Shown here: positions 33,484 to 44,145 of the stretch, piece after piece
How the letters are laid out: every line of letters starts with the position of its first letter
How positions within the stretch are numbered: position 1 is the stretch's first letter
Assembly: GCA_041640655.1 (NCBI GenBank)
Contig: JBEPZV010000002.1
Location: 32,001-96,000, forward strand
Origin: a bacterium
GTDB lineage: Bacteria; Acidobacteriota; Blastocatellia; HR10
Length of the DNA stretch: 64,000 nucleotides
Reading direction: 5' to 3'
The notes under the pieces: model-generated
Seen by the model: only the letters and a program-made list of their open reading frames with translations
What the model was told of the DNA's origin: nothing
The model's database searches: none
Position numbers and translations under genes: made by a program

Positions 33484-36400
33484 TCAATTGACGATCGAAA
33501 TGCGCTCGCTCAAGGCTGAGCTGGTCCGCCCGGCACGATCAATCGCCGTGACGCGGAATCGTCCGGCGCGCGTGAAGACCGTTCCCGGAACGACCCATGT
33601 GAACTGTCGGGCATCGCCCGGAATATTGTCTCCCACGATGTTCCCCTGCGCATCCCGCAAGGGTTCGAAGGTGAGGCCGTCATCGCGTGAGAACTCGATC
33701 CGATGGCGTACGATCCCGACGTCATCGGAGGCCTCCCACGCGATCGTCAACGGACGCCGCGCGACGAAGAAGCGGCCGGGGCCATTCACGTCGAAGACGA
33801 CCACCGAGCCGATGGTCGGCGGCGCACCGTCTATCGCGAAGTCCGCATCGCTCCGATCCTCCCCGATGTTCCCGGCCAGGTCGCGACACCGCACGAGGAC
33901 GCGCCCGCGCGTCGTGGAGAGCCCCTCGGGGATATTCCAGGAGAATGACCGCACGTCCGCCGGGATGCGCATCGCCAGGGGCGCGAAGGATGCCCCACCG
34001 TCTGTGGAGACGAAGAGATCGCAACTGGACAGGCCGACGTTATCGCTCGCCTCCCACGCGATCTCGAATGGCGCTCCTGCCCGAGCGACCTCGCCCCCAT
34101 TGGGACGCAGGACGCGCACGACCGGCTCCTCCCGATCGCTGCGCCCGATCTGGAAGTCCCCATCGCTGGTATCAGTCGCCGCGTTGTCGAAGAAGTCACG
34201 CACCGTGACGCAGATGCGCGCGGTGGAGGAGAGCACGCCTTCCGGAACCTCCCACGCGAACGAGCGCTTCTCGCCGCTCACGCGCCCAAGCAGGATCGAG
34301 CACGTCCGCCCACTGTCGAGCGAGAGCGCGACCTCGTGAAGCAAGATCCCCACATCATCCGAAGACTCCCACGCGATCGGCAACACCGTTCCGGCCAGGA
34401 CGAACTCGCCGCCGTTGGGGCTGATCACGCGCACGCTGGGCGGCGTCGTGTCTGCCGGAGGAGCCACCCGAGAGAACTCCGACGTATTCCCCGCCTCATC
34501 GGTCGCCACCAGCGTCACCGGATCTTGAACCGAGAGCCCAGGGAGGAAGACTTCGAACGTCCCGTCCGGGTTCGGCATGACCCCTTGAGCCACGCATCTT
34601 CGCCCCTCTCCAAAACCCGTAGGATCGGGGTCGGCCACATAAACGTCCACCCGCGCTGCCGCCGGATTGACCGTATCTATACGCCCGCGCAGGAGGACGC
34701 CGCCGGACACCTCGCGCACCTCGCGCGCGACGGGGAAATTCATGAGCGCGTTCGGCCCATCATCGGCGTCCCCCACATCGTTGGGCGTCACCCCATCACC
34801 GCCGAGGTCAATACCTAACCCCTCGTTGCCGAAAAAGGCGTTGCAGCCGATGCGATTCCCCCGGCTCGACACCTCTTCACCATCTAGGATCACGATGCCC
34901 GCCCGAGCGTTATAGGCGATCGTATTCGCTGCCGCGAGCGTCGTCCCCCCGATGGTCGTATTCCGCGCGCCGAGGATGGCGATCCCGTTCCCTTCGTTCG
35001 GCAGACGGCGCGTTCCCTCGCGATCCGCCGTCCCGATGATATTCCCCACAATCTGATTGTTGCTCGCCCCGCGCGCGAGCGTGATCCCATCGCCCGCATT
35101 TCCGGCGATGACGTTGCCACCTGAGGCCTCGAGCCCTCCGATGAGGTTATCCCGTGCGCCCGCCGTCACCAGAATTCCACCGGCGCCGTTGGGCACAGCT
35201 TGCGTCCCCATCGCATCCAGACCGATGATATTCCCCGCGATCTGATTCGAGAAGGCATCCGCCAGACGAACGCCATGTTGCGCATTGCCAGAGATCACGT
35301 TGCGCGCTGCCTCGGTGGCCCCTCCGACGAGATTCCCATGTGCTCCCCCGACGAGCGTCACCCCATCTCCCCCGTTCGGCAAGGCCCGCCTCCCGGTCCG
35401 ATCGGTGCCGATCCAATTCCCCTGGACGTGATTCCCGAAGACACCGACGATCTGAACCCCGCTTCCGGAATTCCCCGAGATCACATTCCCCGCTCCCGGC
35501 TCGCGTCCACCGATCACGTTATCTCGCGCCCCGCTGATGAAAACCCCCGCCCCACCGTTCGGCAACGCTCCCAACCCATCGGCCGTCGTCCCGATATAGT
35601 TCCCCAGAATGAGGTTCCCGAATGTGGGGAAGTCCAGCTCGATCCCGTTGCTGCGGTTCCCCGAGATGACGTTCCGATCGGCCGGCGTCGTCCCCCCGAT
35701 GAGATTGGCCTGCGTGCGGTTGCGCGTGATCAGCACACCGTAGAGACCATTGCCCACGCTGCGTTGTCCCGTGGGATCCGTGCCGATGTAGCACCCACGC
35801 ACGATGTTCCCCGTCGCCGTGCCCGACTCCGGCGGATCCACGATGATCTTCACGCCGTTCCCTTCAAACCCATTGATGACCAATCCGGCAATGACATTGA
35901 GCGAGGATGTGATCACGAGCCCATCGGCCAATCCCGCCCGCCGTCCGCTGAGCACGATGATCGGCCGACCGCTCCATCCCGGTTGCGTCGTCCCATCAAT
36001 CATCGTCCCTCCATCCACCAAGCGAGGCAGCGGGCCTAACGTGCCATCCACCTCGATCGTGAAGACACCATCCCGGCGCTCGGATTCCGGAATATTGAAG
36101 GCGATCACATCGGGGCCTCTCCGCTGTCCCGCGACATCCCGATTGGGCGGCACGCCGTTAGCGGCGAGAATCGCCTCGCGCAACGAGACGCGACCATCTT
36201 CCAGGATCGTATCGGCGGTCGTCGTCACCACAATACGCGGGGCATCCGTGACCGCCAGGAGCCATCCCCCTGGACGCCGCTCGCCAATGAGCAGATCGTC
36301 GAGCGCATCCCGATTCATCCGCGCCGACACGAGCGCCGCCACCGGATCGCGCACGTCCAGATCGAACGCCTCTCCAAATCCCCCCCCGCTCTCACCCATC

Positions 36401-37497
36401 AGCACGACGATGCGCCCACGATCGGCGAGCGCCACAGCCACGTCCCGATACCCGTCGGCATCGAAGTGGCCGGCGGCGAGCGCCGATGCCGGCCCTCCGA
36501 CGAACCATCGCCCGTGCGGAACGAATCCTCGCCTCGTCCCCTGAAAGAGCTGCACCCCTCCGACGCTCTCGCTGACGACCACGTCGGCACGCCCATCTCC
36601 ATCGAAATCCTCCAGGATGAGATCGGTCGGCATCGCCTCCAGCGGCAGGACCGTCGGTGGCGAGAATCCACCCACAGCTCCGCGCGCCCAGACGAGCCCC
36701 ACGCTTGAAGCGAGGACGACATCGGCATGTCCATCTCGATCGAGATCGGCCACGCGCAGCGTCACGGGTTCCGCACGCGCTCCCTCTCCGTCCATTTGGA
36801 GAACACCCGCGCGCTCGAAGCGTCCGTCATCACGCCCGGCAAGAAGGACCACGCGCATCGGCGAAGCGAGCGCGAGGATCAGATCATTCCGCCCATCGCC
36901 AGTGACGTCTCCGATGGCGATCGCCCGCGCCGATTCCTCCAGCGCGATCTCCCTCCGATCGGCGATCCCGCCGCGTCCATCTCCCACCAGAAGGACGAGG
37001 CGCGAGGGATCGGCAAGTGCGAGCACGACATCTGAATGCCCGTCTCCTGTGACGTCCTCAACGGCGAGCCCAATAAGCTCACCCGATCCGAGATCGAACG
37101 CCCGTCCCGGACAAAACCGCCCCTCCGTCAGCTGCAATCGCACCGTCAGAATGACCCCTTCCTCTCCTCGCCCGAGGAGGAAGAGATCGGCCACACCATC
37201 CCCGTTGAAATCCCCGAGCGCCGCTCCCTGTGGCCAGGCGCGACGTTCCTCGCCGACGCTCACACTAAGGAGCGAAACGTCTCCCGAACACCCATCCCCT
37301 TGTGCGAGGAGTTCCCCTTCCTCCACGAGGCGAAAATTCACCCGAGGCCGAGCGCGGGGATCAAGTCGAAGGAAGGACGCACGCCACACTTCCGAAGACA
37401 ATGCGCGGTGTGATCCCACCGTGCCCTCCCGCGAGATGAACGAAAGCACCACGCTGACAACGATCACCCCCATGCCGACGAGTCCCAAGCGCCGCAT
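33484..37497 (-). CDS. Large secreted protein: FG-GAP repeats, CSLREA-like motif, parallel beta-helix, Ig-like repeats
   Basis: Signal peptide; DFNGDGVAD-type repeats; VSLREAILAAN; GNYIGT/NVISGN repeats; VRVxxPNGGE domains. Confidence 0.88.
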   Translation of the reverse strand: MRRLGLVGMGVIVVSVVLSFISREGTVGSHRALSSEVWRASFLRLDPRARPRVNFRLVEEGELLAQGDGCSGDVSLLSVSVGEERRAWPQGAALGDFNGDGVADLFLLGRGEEGVILTVRLQLTEGRFCPGRAFDLGSGELIGLAVEDVTGDGHSDVVLALADPSRLVLLVGDGRGGIADRREIALEESARAIAIGDVTGDGRNDLILALASPMRVVLLAGRDDGRFERAGVLQMDGEGARAEPVTLRVADLDRDGHADVVLASSVGLVWARGAVGGFSPPTVLPLEAMPTDLILEDFDGDGRADVVVSESVGGVQLFQGTRRGFVPHGRWFVGGPASALAAGHFDADGYRDVAVALADRGRIVVLMGESGGGFGEAFDLDVRDPVAALVSARMNRDALDDLLIGERRPGGWLLAVTDAPRIVVTTTADTILEDGRVSLREAILAANGVPPNRDVAGQRRGPDVIAFNIPESERRDGVFTIEVDGTLGPLPRLVDGGTMIDGTTQPGWSGRPIIVLSGRRAGLADGLVITSSLNVIAGLVINGFEGNGVKIIVDPPESGTATGNIVRGCYIGTDPTGQRSVGNGLYGVLITRNRTQANLIGGTTPADRNVISGNRSNGIELDFPTFGNLILGNYIGTTADGLGALPNGGAGVFISGARDNVIGGREPGAGNVISGNSGSGVQIVGVFGNHVQGNWIGTDRTGRRALPNGGDGVTLVGGAHGNLVGGATEAARNVISGNAQHGVRLADAFSNQIAGNIIGLDAMGTQAVPNGAGGILVTAGARDNLIGGLEASGGNVIAGNAGDGITLARGASNNQIVGNIIGTADREGTRRLPNEGNGIAILGARNTTIGGTTLAAANTIAYNARAGIVILDGEEVSSRGNRIGCNAFFGNEGLGIDLGGDGVTPNDVGDADDGPNALMNFPVAREVREVSGGVLLRGRIDTVNPAAARVDVYVADPDPTGFGEGRRCVAQGVMPNPDGTFEVFLPGLSVQDPVTLVATDEAGNTSEFSRVAPPADTTPPSVRVISPNGGEFVLAGTVLPIAWESSDDVGILLHEVALSLDSGRTCSILLGRVSGEKRSFAWEVPEGVLSSTARICVTVRDFFDNAATDTSDGDFQIGRSDREEPVVRVLRPNGGEVARAGAPFEIAWEASDNVGLSSCDLFVSTDGGASFAPLAMRIPADVRSFSWNIPEGLSTTRGRVLVRCRDLAGNIGEDRSDADFAIDGAPPTIGSVVVFDVNGPGRFFVARRPLTIAWEASDDVGIVRHRIEFSRDDGLTFEPLRDAQGNIVGDNIPGDARQFTWVVPGTVFTRAGRFRVTAIDRAGRTSSALSERISIVN

Positions 37498-37658
37498 AGC
37501 TCCTCCTCTCCACAGCCTCCACGGAATCCTCAGGATCGCGTGGGATGCCGATTCGCTGAGATCGCCTCACCGATGTCTCCCCTCGTGCCGCGTTCCGAAT
37601 CACGCCGCTCACTCCTTCTCACTCGTCGCGCGAAGAGCCCCCTTCGCGCGACGAGGCT

Positions 37659-37687
37659 ATGGTATATCCGAGTCCCACCTCTGTCAA
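37659..37687 (-). promoter_or_regulatory. sigma70 promoter for the large secreted protein
   Basis: TTGACA-N17-TACCAT, followed by a perfect 14-bp-stem hairpin (37622-37655). Confidence 0.6.
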
Positions 37688-37923
37688 CGGCGACCGTCCG
37701 CGCGCCGCAGAGGCATCCGAATGGGAGTCCGGAGATGGACGCGGCCCTCACGCTCAGAGGGAGCGATAGCGAATCCTGGGAGAGCGAGGCCCCGCCATCA
37801 ATGAACGCCCCATTCTCACCGCCATGAGGTGGTGAATTCCTGCGCTCTCACCGCGCGGCTTCCCGTCATGCGATCGAGCTGGTAAAATTGCCCTTTTCGA
37901 CAACCGATCAAGGAGGATGAGCT

Positions 37924-38445
<522 letters not shown>

Positions 38446-38515
38446 CGCGCGCGGGCTCGAAGCCCGATGCGGCGAGCCGATCGCCTCTCGGGCTTCGCCC
38501 CCTCCCTTCGGCGAC

Positions 38516-39940
38516 ATGCGCCAGCGGGCTGCGGCTTCGGAAGAAACGCTTCTCTTCCCCACAGAACCCTCGATCTCCGTCGGCCTGCTGACCGACGTCG
38601 AACACGCGCGCTTCACACTGGAGGGGGAATTCCGAACGCCCGAAGGGAAGACCTTCCCGGCGGGCGAATATCGGGCGATCCCACGCCCTCATCCCGCCGC
38701 CCTCGAAATTCGCGATGCTCAGCAGCGCCTTGTGGAGATCACACCGACGCTCATCCTCACCCCGGTGAACCCGGCGACGGCCGCATTCACGCTCTTCGAT
38801 GTCCCCGTGGGAAAAGGGTTCCACTGGGAGCGAAGGGAAGCGCATCGGTATGCGGGGACGCTGGCGATTCGCCTCTCTCCCTCCGCATCGGGCGCTGCGC
38901 CGCGACTCGCGGTCATCAACGAGCTACCTGTCGAGATCTATCTCGCCAGCGTCGTCGCCTCGGAGATGAGCGCCCATGCTCCTTGGGAATTTCTCAAAGC
39001 GCATGCCATCATCTCGCGAAGCTGGCTCCTGGCGAATCTGACGCGCCGCACCAACGATGTGGAGTCGGCGTCCTCGCCCGAGCAGCCGCAGCCGGCGACT
39101 GGCGAGATGGAGATCCTCCGATGGACGGATCGGACGACTCATCGCGAGTTCGATGTGTGCGCCGACGATCATTGCCAACGCTATTACGGTCTGGCGCCCA
39201 TCGCGACCAGCGATGTGGTGAGGGCCGTCATGGAGACGCGTGGACAGGTCTTGTTCTTCAAGGGGCAGATCGGTGACGCGCGCTTCTCGAAATGCTGCGG
39301 CGGAGCGACGGAAGAGTACCGGAGCGTCTGGGAGGATCGCGACGTGCCCTACTTGCGGGGTGGGCGGTTCGATGGAACGGAATGGCCTCCGAACTTCCCC
39401 CGCCCCCTCACGGTCGAAGCGCACGCGGCCGCTTGGATCACGGGTGCTCCCCCTGCATACTGCCACACAACCGACGCGCGCGCGTTAGAGGCTGCGCTCC
39501 CCGAGGTGGACCGACCGACGCGCGATTTCTTCCGATGGGAGCGCACCATCGGCCAGGAGGAGCTTCAAGCGCTCCTTCAGGCGCGGCTTGGTCTGGACCT
39601 CGGCGCCATCCGACGACTGGAGCCGCTGCAGCGAGGCTCCTCGGGGCGCCTCGTGCGGCTTCGCATCGTCGGGGAGCGCGAGCGCGTGATCATCGGCAAG
39701 GAGCTTGTGATTCGACGCGCGCTCTCCGGGACGCATCTCTACAGCTCGGCCTTCATCATCTTCCCCGAGGACATACGCGCCGGCGTGCCCCGACGCTTTC
39801 GCCTCCGTGGCGCGGGATGGGGACACGGCGTCGGCCTGTGCCAGATCGGTGCTGCCGTCATGGCCCAGCAGGGACGCACCTGTCAGCAGATCCTCGCCCA
39901 CTACTATGCCCCCGCCCAGATCGCGCGCGTATATGAATGA
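38516..39940 (+). CDS. SpoIID/LytB domain protein
   Basis: EIYLASVVASEM, LKAHAIISRS, DDHCQRY, GAGWGHGVGLCQIGA...ILAHYY; start uncertain. Confidence 0.88.
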   Translation: MRQRAAASEETLLFPTEPSISVGLLTDVEHARFTLEGEFRTPEGKTFPAGEYRAIPRPHPAALEIRDAQQRLVEITPTLILTPVNPATAAFTLFDVPVGKGFHWERREAHRYAGTLAIRLSPSASGAAPRLAVINELPVEIYLASVVASEMSAHAPWEFLKAHAIISRSWLLANLTRRTNDVESASSPEQPQPATGEMEILRWTDRTTHREFDVCADDHCQRYYGLAPIATSDVVRAVMETRGQVLFFKGQIGDARFSKCCGGATEEYRSVWEDRDVPYLRGGRFDGTEWPPNFPRPLTVEAHAAAWITGAPPAYCHTTDARALEAALPEVDRPTRDFFRWERTIGQEELQALLQARLGLDLGAIRRLEPLQRGSSGRLVRLRIVGERERVIIGKELVIRRALSGTHLYSSAFIIFPEDIRAGVPRRFRLRGAGWGHGVGLCQIGAAVMAQQGRTCQQILAHYYAPAQIARVYE

Positions 39941-39952
39941 TCCGCCGCACGC

Positions 39953-40897
39953 TCAGTCCGAGCCTCCCGTCGCGGACTCGCTCGTGGCCGCTTCCTCGAT
40001 GATGAGCTTCGCTCGATCGCCATCCAGCGTCGCGCGAACGCCAAACGGGAGGACCTGATTCCGGTCATCGCTATGGCCGGAGCGCACGCCGAAGAGAATC
40101 GGGACACCCAAGTCGGCGAGACGATCCCGGATGACGTCCACGAGGGTGTAGTCTTGATGGGGATGCTGCACGCATTCGGTCATCTCGCCGAAGATGAGAC
40201 CTCGCACGGCGCGAAGTTTCCCGGAATCTCGAAGTTGCGTGAGCATGCGATCCACCTGATAGGGCTTCGCGGCGTAGTCCTCCAGGAAGAGGATCGCATC
40301 GGTCGCGTCGAACTCATAGGGCGTGCCCAGCGTGCTCACGAGCAGCGACAAGCACCCTCCGGTCAACCGGCCCGTCGCCACGCCAGGGGAGAGCACGGCG
40401 ACACCGGACGTATCAATCTCCCCGATGGGCTCGGCGCGCATGAGCGTGCGCCGGAGCAACTCCTCGTCGTAGTGCCCCGGTCCATCGGCGAACTCGCGCG
40501 CGACCATCGGGCCGTGAAAGACGACCCACCGGAATCGCTGCTGGAAATAGACGAGCAGGGTCGTGACGTCGCTGTAGCCCATGAAGATCTTCGGATGCGC
40601 CCGCAGCCTCTCCTCCTCCAGATACGGGAGGAGGCGGACCGATCCATATCCCCCTCGCGCGGCGAAGATGGCCTTCACCTCGGGATCGTTGAACATCGCC
40701 ATCAGCTCCTCGGCGCGCCGCTTGTCGGAGCCGGCCAGGTACATCTCGCGAGCGAAGATCGAGGGAGAATACGTCACGCGAAACCCCAGACGTTCCAATT
40801 CCCGGGCGCCGGCAGCGAGCCGCTCCGGTCGGACGTCGCTCGCCGGGGCGACGATGCCGATCACATCTCCCGGGCGTAAGACCGGCGGTTTGATCAT
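39953..40897 (-). CDS. LD-carboxypeptidase (S66)
   Basis: ARGGYG, GYSDVT, FHGPM, LFLED, GH. Confidence 0.92.
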   Translation of the reverse strand: MIKPPVLRPGDVIGIVAPASDVRPERLAAGARELERLGFRVTYSPSIFAREMYLAGSDKRRAEELMAMFNDPEVKAIFAARGGYGSVRLLPYLEEERLRAHPKIFMGYSDVTTLLVYFQQRFRWVVFHGPMVAREFADGPGHYDEELLRRTLMRAEPIGEIDTSGVAVLSPGVATGRLTGGCLSLLVSTLGTPYEFDATDAILFLEDYAAKPYQVDRMLTQLRDSGKLRAVRGLIFGEMTECVQHPHQDYTLVDVIRDRLADLGVPILFGVRSGHSDDRNQVLPFGVRATLDGDRAKLIIEEAATSESATGGSD

Positions 40898-42243
40898 CCT
40901 CCTTCGGGTGGAGAAAGGCCCACCTCGCGTCCGGACTGTGCGAGCCAGCGCTTGACCTCGCCGACCAGATAGAGCGAGCCGGTCACGCAGATCATTCCCG
41001 ACGACGGCGTTCGCCCCCACGCGCGGTCGAGAGCCGCCCCTACGGGCTCGATCGCCTCAATCGAGCAACGGAGCTGCTGGCGCAGCGCGGCCGTCTGCTC
41101 CAGAAGCTGTTCCAACGACGCCGCGCGCTCGTCCGGCACGCGCGTCAGGATGACGGCATCCGCCAGGGGGAATAACTCCGCGGCCATCTCGGCGATCCGC
41201 TTGTCGCGCATGGTCCCGAAGACGAGCGTGAGCGGTCGGCGCCCGAACTCCTCCAGATACGCGCGCACGACGCGCGCCCCCGCCGTATTATGCGCCCCAT
41301 CGAGCACGAGCAGGGGACTCGAAGGGCCGACGATCTCCAGTCGTCCCGGCCACGTGACCTGCTCGATCCCCTGACGCAAGGCCGAGGCGGGGATCGCATA
41401 GCCCATCTCGCGCAAGACCTCGGCGGCGCGCAGAGCGACAAGCGCGTTCTCGACCTGATGGCGCCCGCGCAGGCCGAGGCGCACGCTCAACGATTCTCCA
41501 GAAGTCGTGCGATAGACGATCGAGAACCGTCCATCAGGCTCGCATCCCGCGATCTCCACCTCCTCCTCAGCCCATCTCGGCCGGACCCCACATTCCCGAC
41601 AACGGGCGAGCAAGACCTCGCGCGCTTCCGGATGCTGCCGTGCCAGGACGGCGCGCGCCCCCGGTTTGATGATCATCGCCTTCTCGCGCGCGATGGAAGC
41701 GATCGTCGAACCCAGATACTGCTCGTGATCAATGTCTATACTGGTGATGAGCGACAGAAACGGAGGGACGACGTTCGTCGCGTCCAGGCGGCCGCCAAGC
41801 CCGACCTCCAGGACGGCGATTTCGACCTTCCGCTCGCGGAAGTATTCGAAGCCGATGGCCGTGAGGAACTCGAAATAGGTCGGGCGCGCTTCGATCTCTC
41901 CTCGACGAAGCAACGCCTCGGCGGCGTCGCGCACACGCGTGGCCAGAGCCGCCAGCTCCTCCGGAGCGATCTCCTGCCCACCAACCTGAATCCGCTCCTC
42001 GACGCGCACCAGATGGGGCGAGGTGTAGAGCCCCGCGCGCACCCCCGCCTGCCGCAGGATGGCCTCCATCATCGCCGCCGTCGAGCCCTTCCCGTTGGTT
42101 CCTGCGATGATGATCGAGGGATACGCCGTGTGCGGATCTCCGAGTTCAGCCAGAAGGCGGCGAATCTTCTCCAATCCGAATCGAGCCCGCAGCAGTTCGT
42201 GCCCGAGCCGATCCAGATAGGCGAGCGTCTCCTGGTAATTCAC
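40894..42243 (-). CDS. folC: Folylpolyglutamate/dihydrofolate synthase
   Basis: AGTNGKGST, YTSPHL, EVGLGGRLDATN, DGAHN, TGSLY. Confidence 0.95.
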   Translation of the reverse strand: MNYQETLAYLDRLGHELLRARFGLEKIRRLLAELGDPHTAYPSIIIAGTNGKGSTAAMMEAILRQAGVRAGLYTSPHLVRVEERIQVGGQEIAPEELAALATRVRDAAEALLRRGEIEARPTYFEFLTAIGFEYFRERKVEIAVLEVGLGGRLDATNVVPPFLSLITSIDIDHEQYLGSTIASIAREKAMIIKPGARAVLARQHPEAREVLLARCRECGVRPRWAEEEVEIAGCEPDGRFSIVYRTTSGESLSVRLGLRGRHQVENALVALRAAEVLREMGYAIPASALRQGIEQVTWPGRLEIVGPSSPLLVLDGAHNTAGARVVRAYLEEFGRRPLTLVFGTMRDKRIAEMAAELFPLADAVILTRVPDERAASLEQLLEQTAALRQQLRCSIEAIEPVGAALDRAWGRTPSSGMICVTGSLYLVGEVKRWLAQSGREVGLSPPEGG

Positions 42244-43136
42244 CGCGGCTCCTCTGGCCGAGTGACCGCCGAGGCGCGCCGCCGCTCGTCCGGCATCATG
42301 AAGGCGAGCGCCCGGATGAGGAAATCCCGCAAGTGGCGCCGATCCACGACGGCATCGAGCATCCCATGCTCGAGCAGGAACTCCGACCGTTGAAACCCTT
42401 CGGGCAACTTCTGCCGAATCGTCTGCTCGATCACACGCGGACCGGCGAACCCGATGAGCGCTCCCGGCTCGGCGATATTCAAATCCCCCAACATGGCGAA
42501 GCTGGCCGTCACCCCCCCCGTCGTCGGATCGGTCATCACCGAGATATAGGGCACGCCGGCCTCGTCCAACCGCGCGAGCGCCGCCGAGATCTTCGCCATC
42601 TGCATGAGACTCAAAACCCCTTCCATCATGCGCGCGCCCCCGGAACAAGAGACGATGATGAGCGCTGCGCGTTTCTCCAACGCCCGCTCGATCGCTCGCG
42701 TGACTTTCTCCCCGACGACCGAGCCCATGCTCCCTCCGATGAAGCCATATTCCATCGCCTGGATGATCGCCGGATATCCCCCGATCGTCCCCTCTCCGGT
42801 GAGGATGGCCTCCAAGACGCCCGTCGCCTTTTGCGCGGCCGCCAGACGATCTTTGTAGCTCCGCGTATCATAAAAGCCCAGCGGGTCGGTCGAAGCCAAA
42901 TGCGCGTCAACCTCGGTGTAGACCCCATCATCGAAGAGCAACGCCAGGCGCTGGCGCGCCGAGATCCGGAAGTGATACCCGCATCGAGGGCAGACCATCA
43001 GGTTCTCCTCCACATCCCGGCGATAGAGAACCTCGCGGCATCCTTCGCACTTGAGGAAGACGCCTTCGGTCTTCACCGCTCCCGTGCGCTCGACCGGCGG
43101 TTCCAACCCCCTCCGTTTTCGTCGGAATAGCGGCAT
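42240..43136 (-). CDS. accD: Acetyl-CoA carboxylase carboxyltransferase beta subunit
   Basis: Zn ribbon, GGSMGSVVGEK, SGGARM, PTTGGVTASFA. Confidence 0.96.
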   Translation of the reverse strand: MPLFRRKRRGLEPPVERTGAVKTEGVFLKCEGCREVLYRRDVEENLMVCPRCGYHFRISARQRLALLFDDGVYTEVDAHLASTDPLGFYDTRSYKDRLAAAQKATGVLEAILTGEGTIGGYPAIIQAMEYGFIGGSMGSVVGEKVTRAIERALEKRAALIIVSCSGGARMMEGVLSLMQMAKISAALARLDEAGVPYISVMTDPTTGGVTASFAMLGDLNIAEPGALIGFAGPRVIEQTIRQKLPEGFQRSEFLLEHGMLDAVVDRRHLRDFLIRALAFMMPDERRRASAVTRPEEPR

Positions 43137-43344
43137 GAGTACGCAAGATTCTAGGCCGTCCTCTTGTGAGACGTCAAACCACAACCGCGTGGCTGACGCG
43201 ATCCGAGTCGCCCACACGGGCGGTGAGGCATCTCAGGAGTGGGACGACATGTTCACCGCTCTCGCGCGCATGGCATCCCGGCGCCTCACCCGGCGAGCAG
43301 AAGCAACAGGGCCACTCCGATGAACGCGCCGGGATCGGTAAGGC

Positions 43345-43875
43345 TCAGGGACGGCGTTGAGCAAGAGCAGCCATCAGCTCAGTGTGGCGCCGATCCATCT
43401 CGCGGAGATAAGTGAGCAGCTCCTCGTGCCGCCGCTCGCCGTCTTCGTGAATGGTGCGCATCGTCTCGTGAATCGCCCGTATCGTCTCTTGAGTCGCCCA
43501 CATCGTCTCCTGAAGCGCCCGCGTGGTCTCCTGAGTCCCTCGCATCATCTCCTGAATCGCTCGCGTCGTCTCCTGACTCGCCTGCATCGTCCCCTGAAGC
43601 GCGCGTATCGTCTCCTGGGTCCCTCGCATCATCTCCTGGATCGCTCGCGTCGTCTCCTGATTCCCTTGCATTGTCACCTGAAGCGCGCGTATCGTCTCCT
43701 GGGTCCCTCGCATCATCTCCTGGATCGCCCGCGTCGTCTCGTGCGCGGCCTGAACGTCCTGGCGAATGGACTCAATGAGCGCCCGCGTGGCCCGCCCATT
43801 GTAAAACACCCCGTACAGCGTCAGTGCCAGCCCTAAAGCCGACGCCATCACCCCGGCCAGTCCGACAAGCTCCAT
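43345..43875 (-). CDS. Membrane-anchored coiled-coil tandem-repeat protein
   Basis: N-terminal TM helix, 7 x 14-aa repeats, RBS and upstream TTGACG-N18-TAGCAT. Confidence 0.78.
   Translation of the reverse strand: MELVGLAGVMASALGLALTLYGVFYNGRATRALIESIRQDVQAAHETTRAIQEMMRGTQETIRALQVTMQGNQETTRAIQEMMRGTQETIRALQGTMQASQETTRAIQEMMRGTQETTRALQETMWATQETIRAIHETMRTIHEDGERRHEELLTYLREMDRRHTELMAALAQRRP
43447..43740. repeat. Intragenic tandem repeat, about 7 x 42 bp with 84-bp higher-order period
   Basis: Alternating units encoding ETTRAIQEMMRGTQ and ETIRALQxTMQxxQ. Confidence 0.9.
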
Positions 43876-44145
43876 CGTGTCCCCCTCTGCCGCCATGCTA
43901 GAAGGGAATCGGCCTCGTCGTCAAGCGGCGTGCCTGTCGTCACAAGGCCACTGGGAGCCGGAGAAGGCTCGCGGATTCATCCGTCTTTGGGAGAACCGCT
44001 TCTGTAGAATCGTCGGGATCGCTGGGTACGAGGGGGGAGTTGGGCACCGACCAAAGAGACCACCTGTGGCGTCTCCGATGATCTGCCCGCTGGTGGTCGA
44101 GATCTCACTTCGACGTTCGAGGAGACCCCCGTCGCGCGCGGAGGA

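Noticed and set aside
43447..43740. Tandem array as CRISPR
   Set aside because: No unique spacers, in-frame coding repeat, no cas genes
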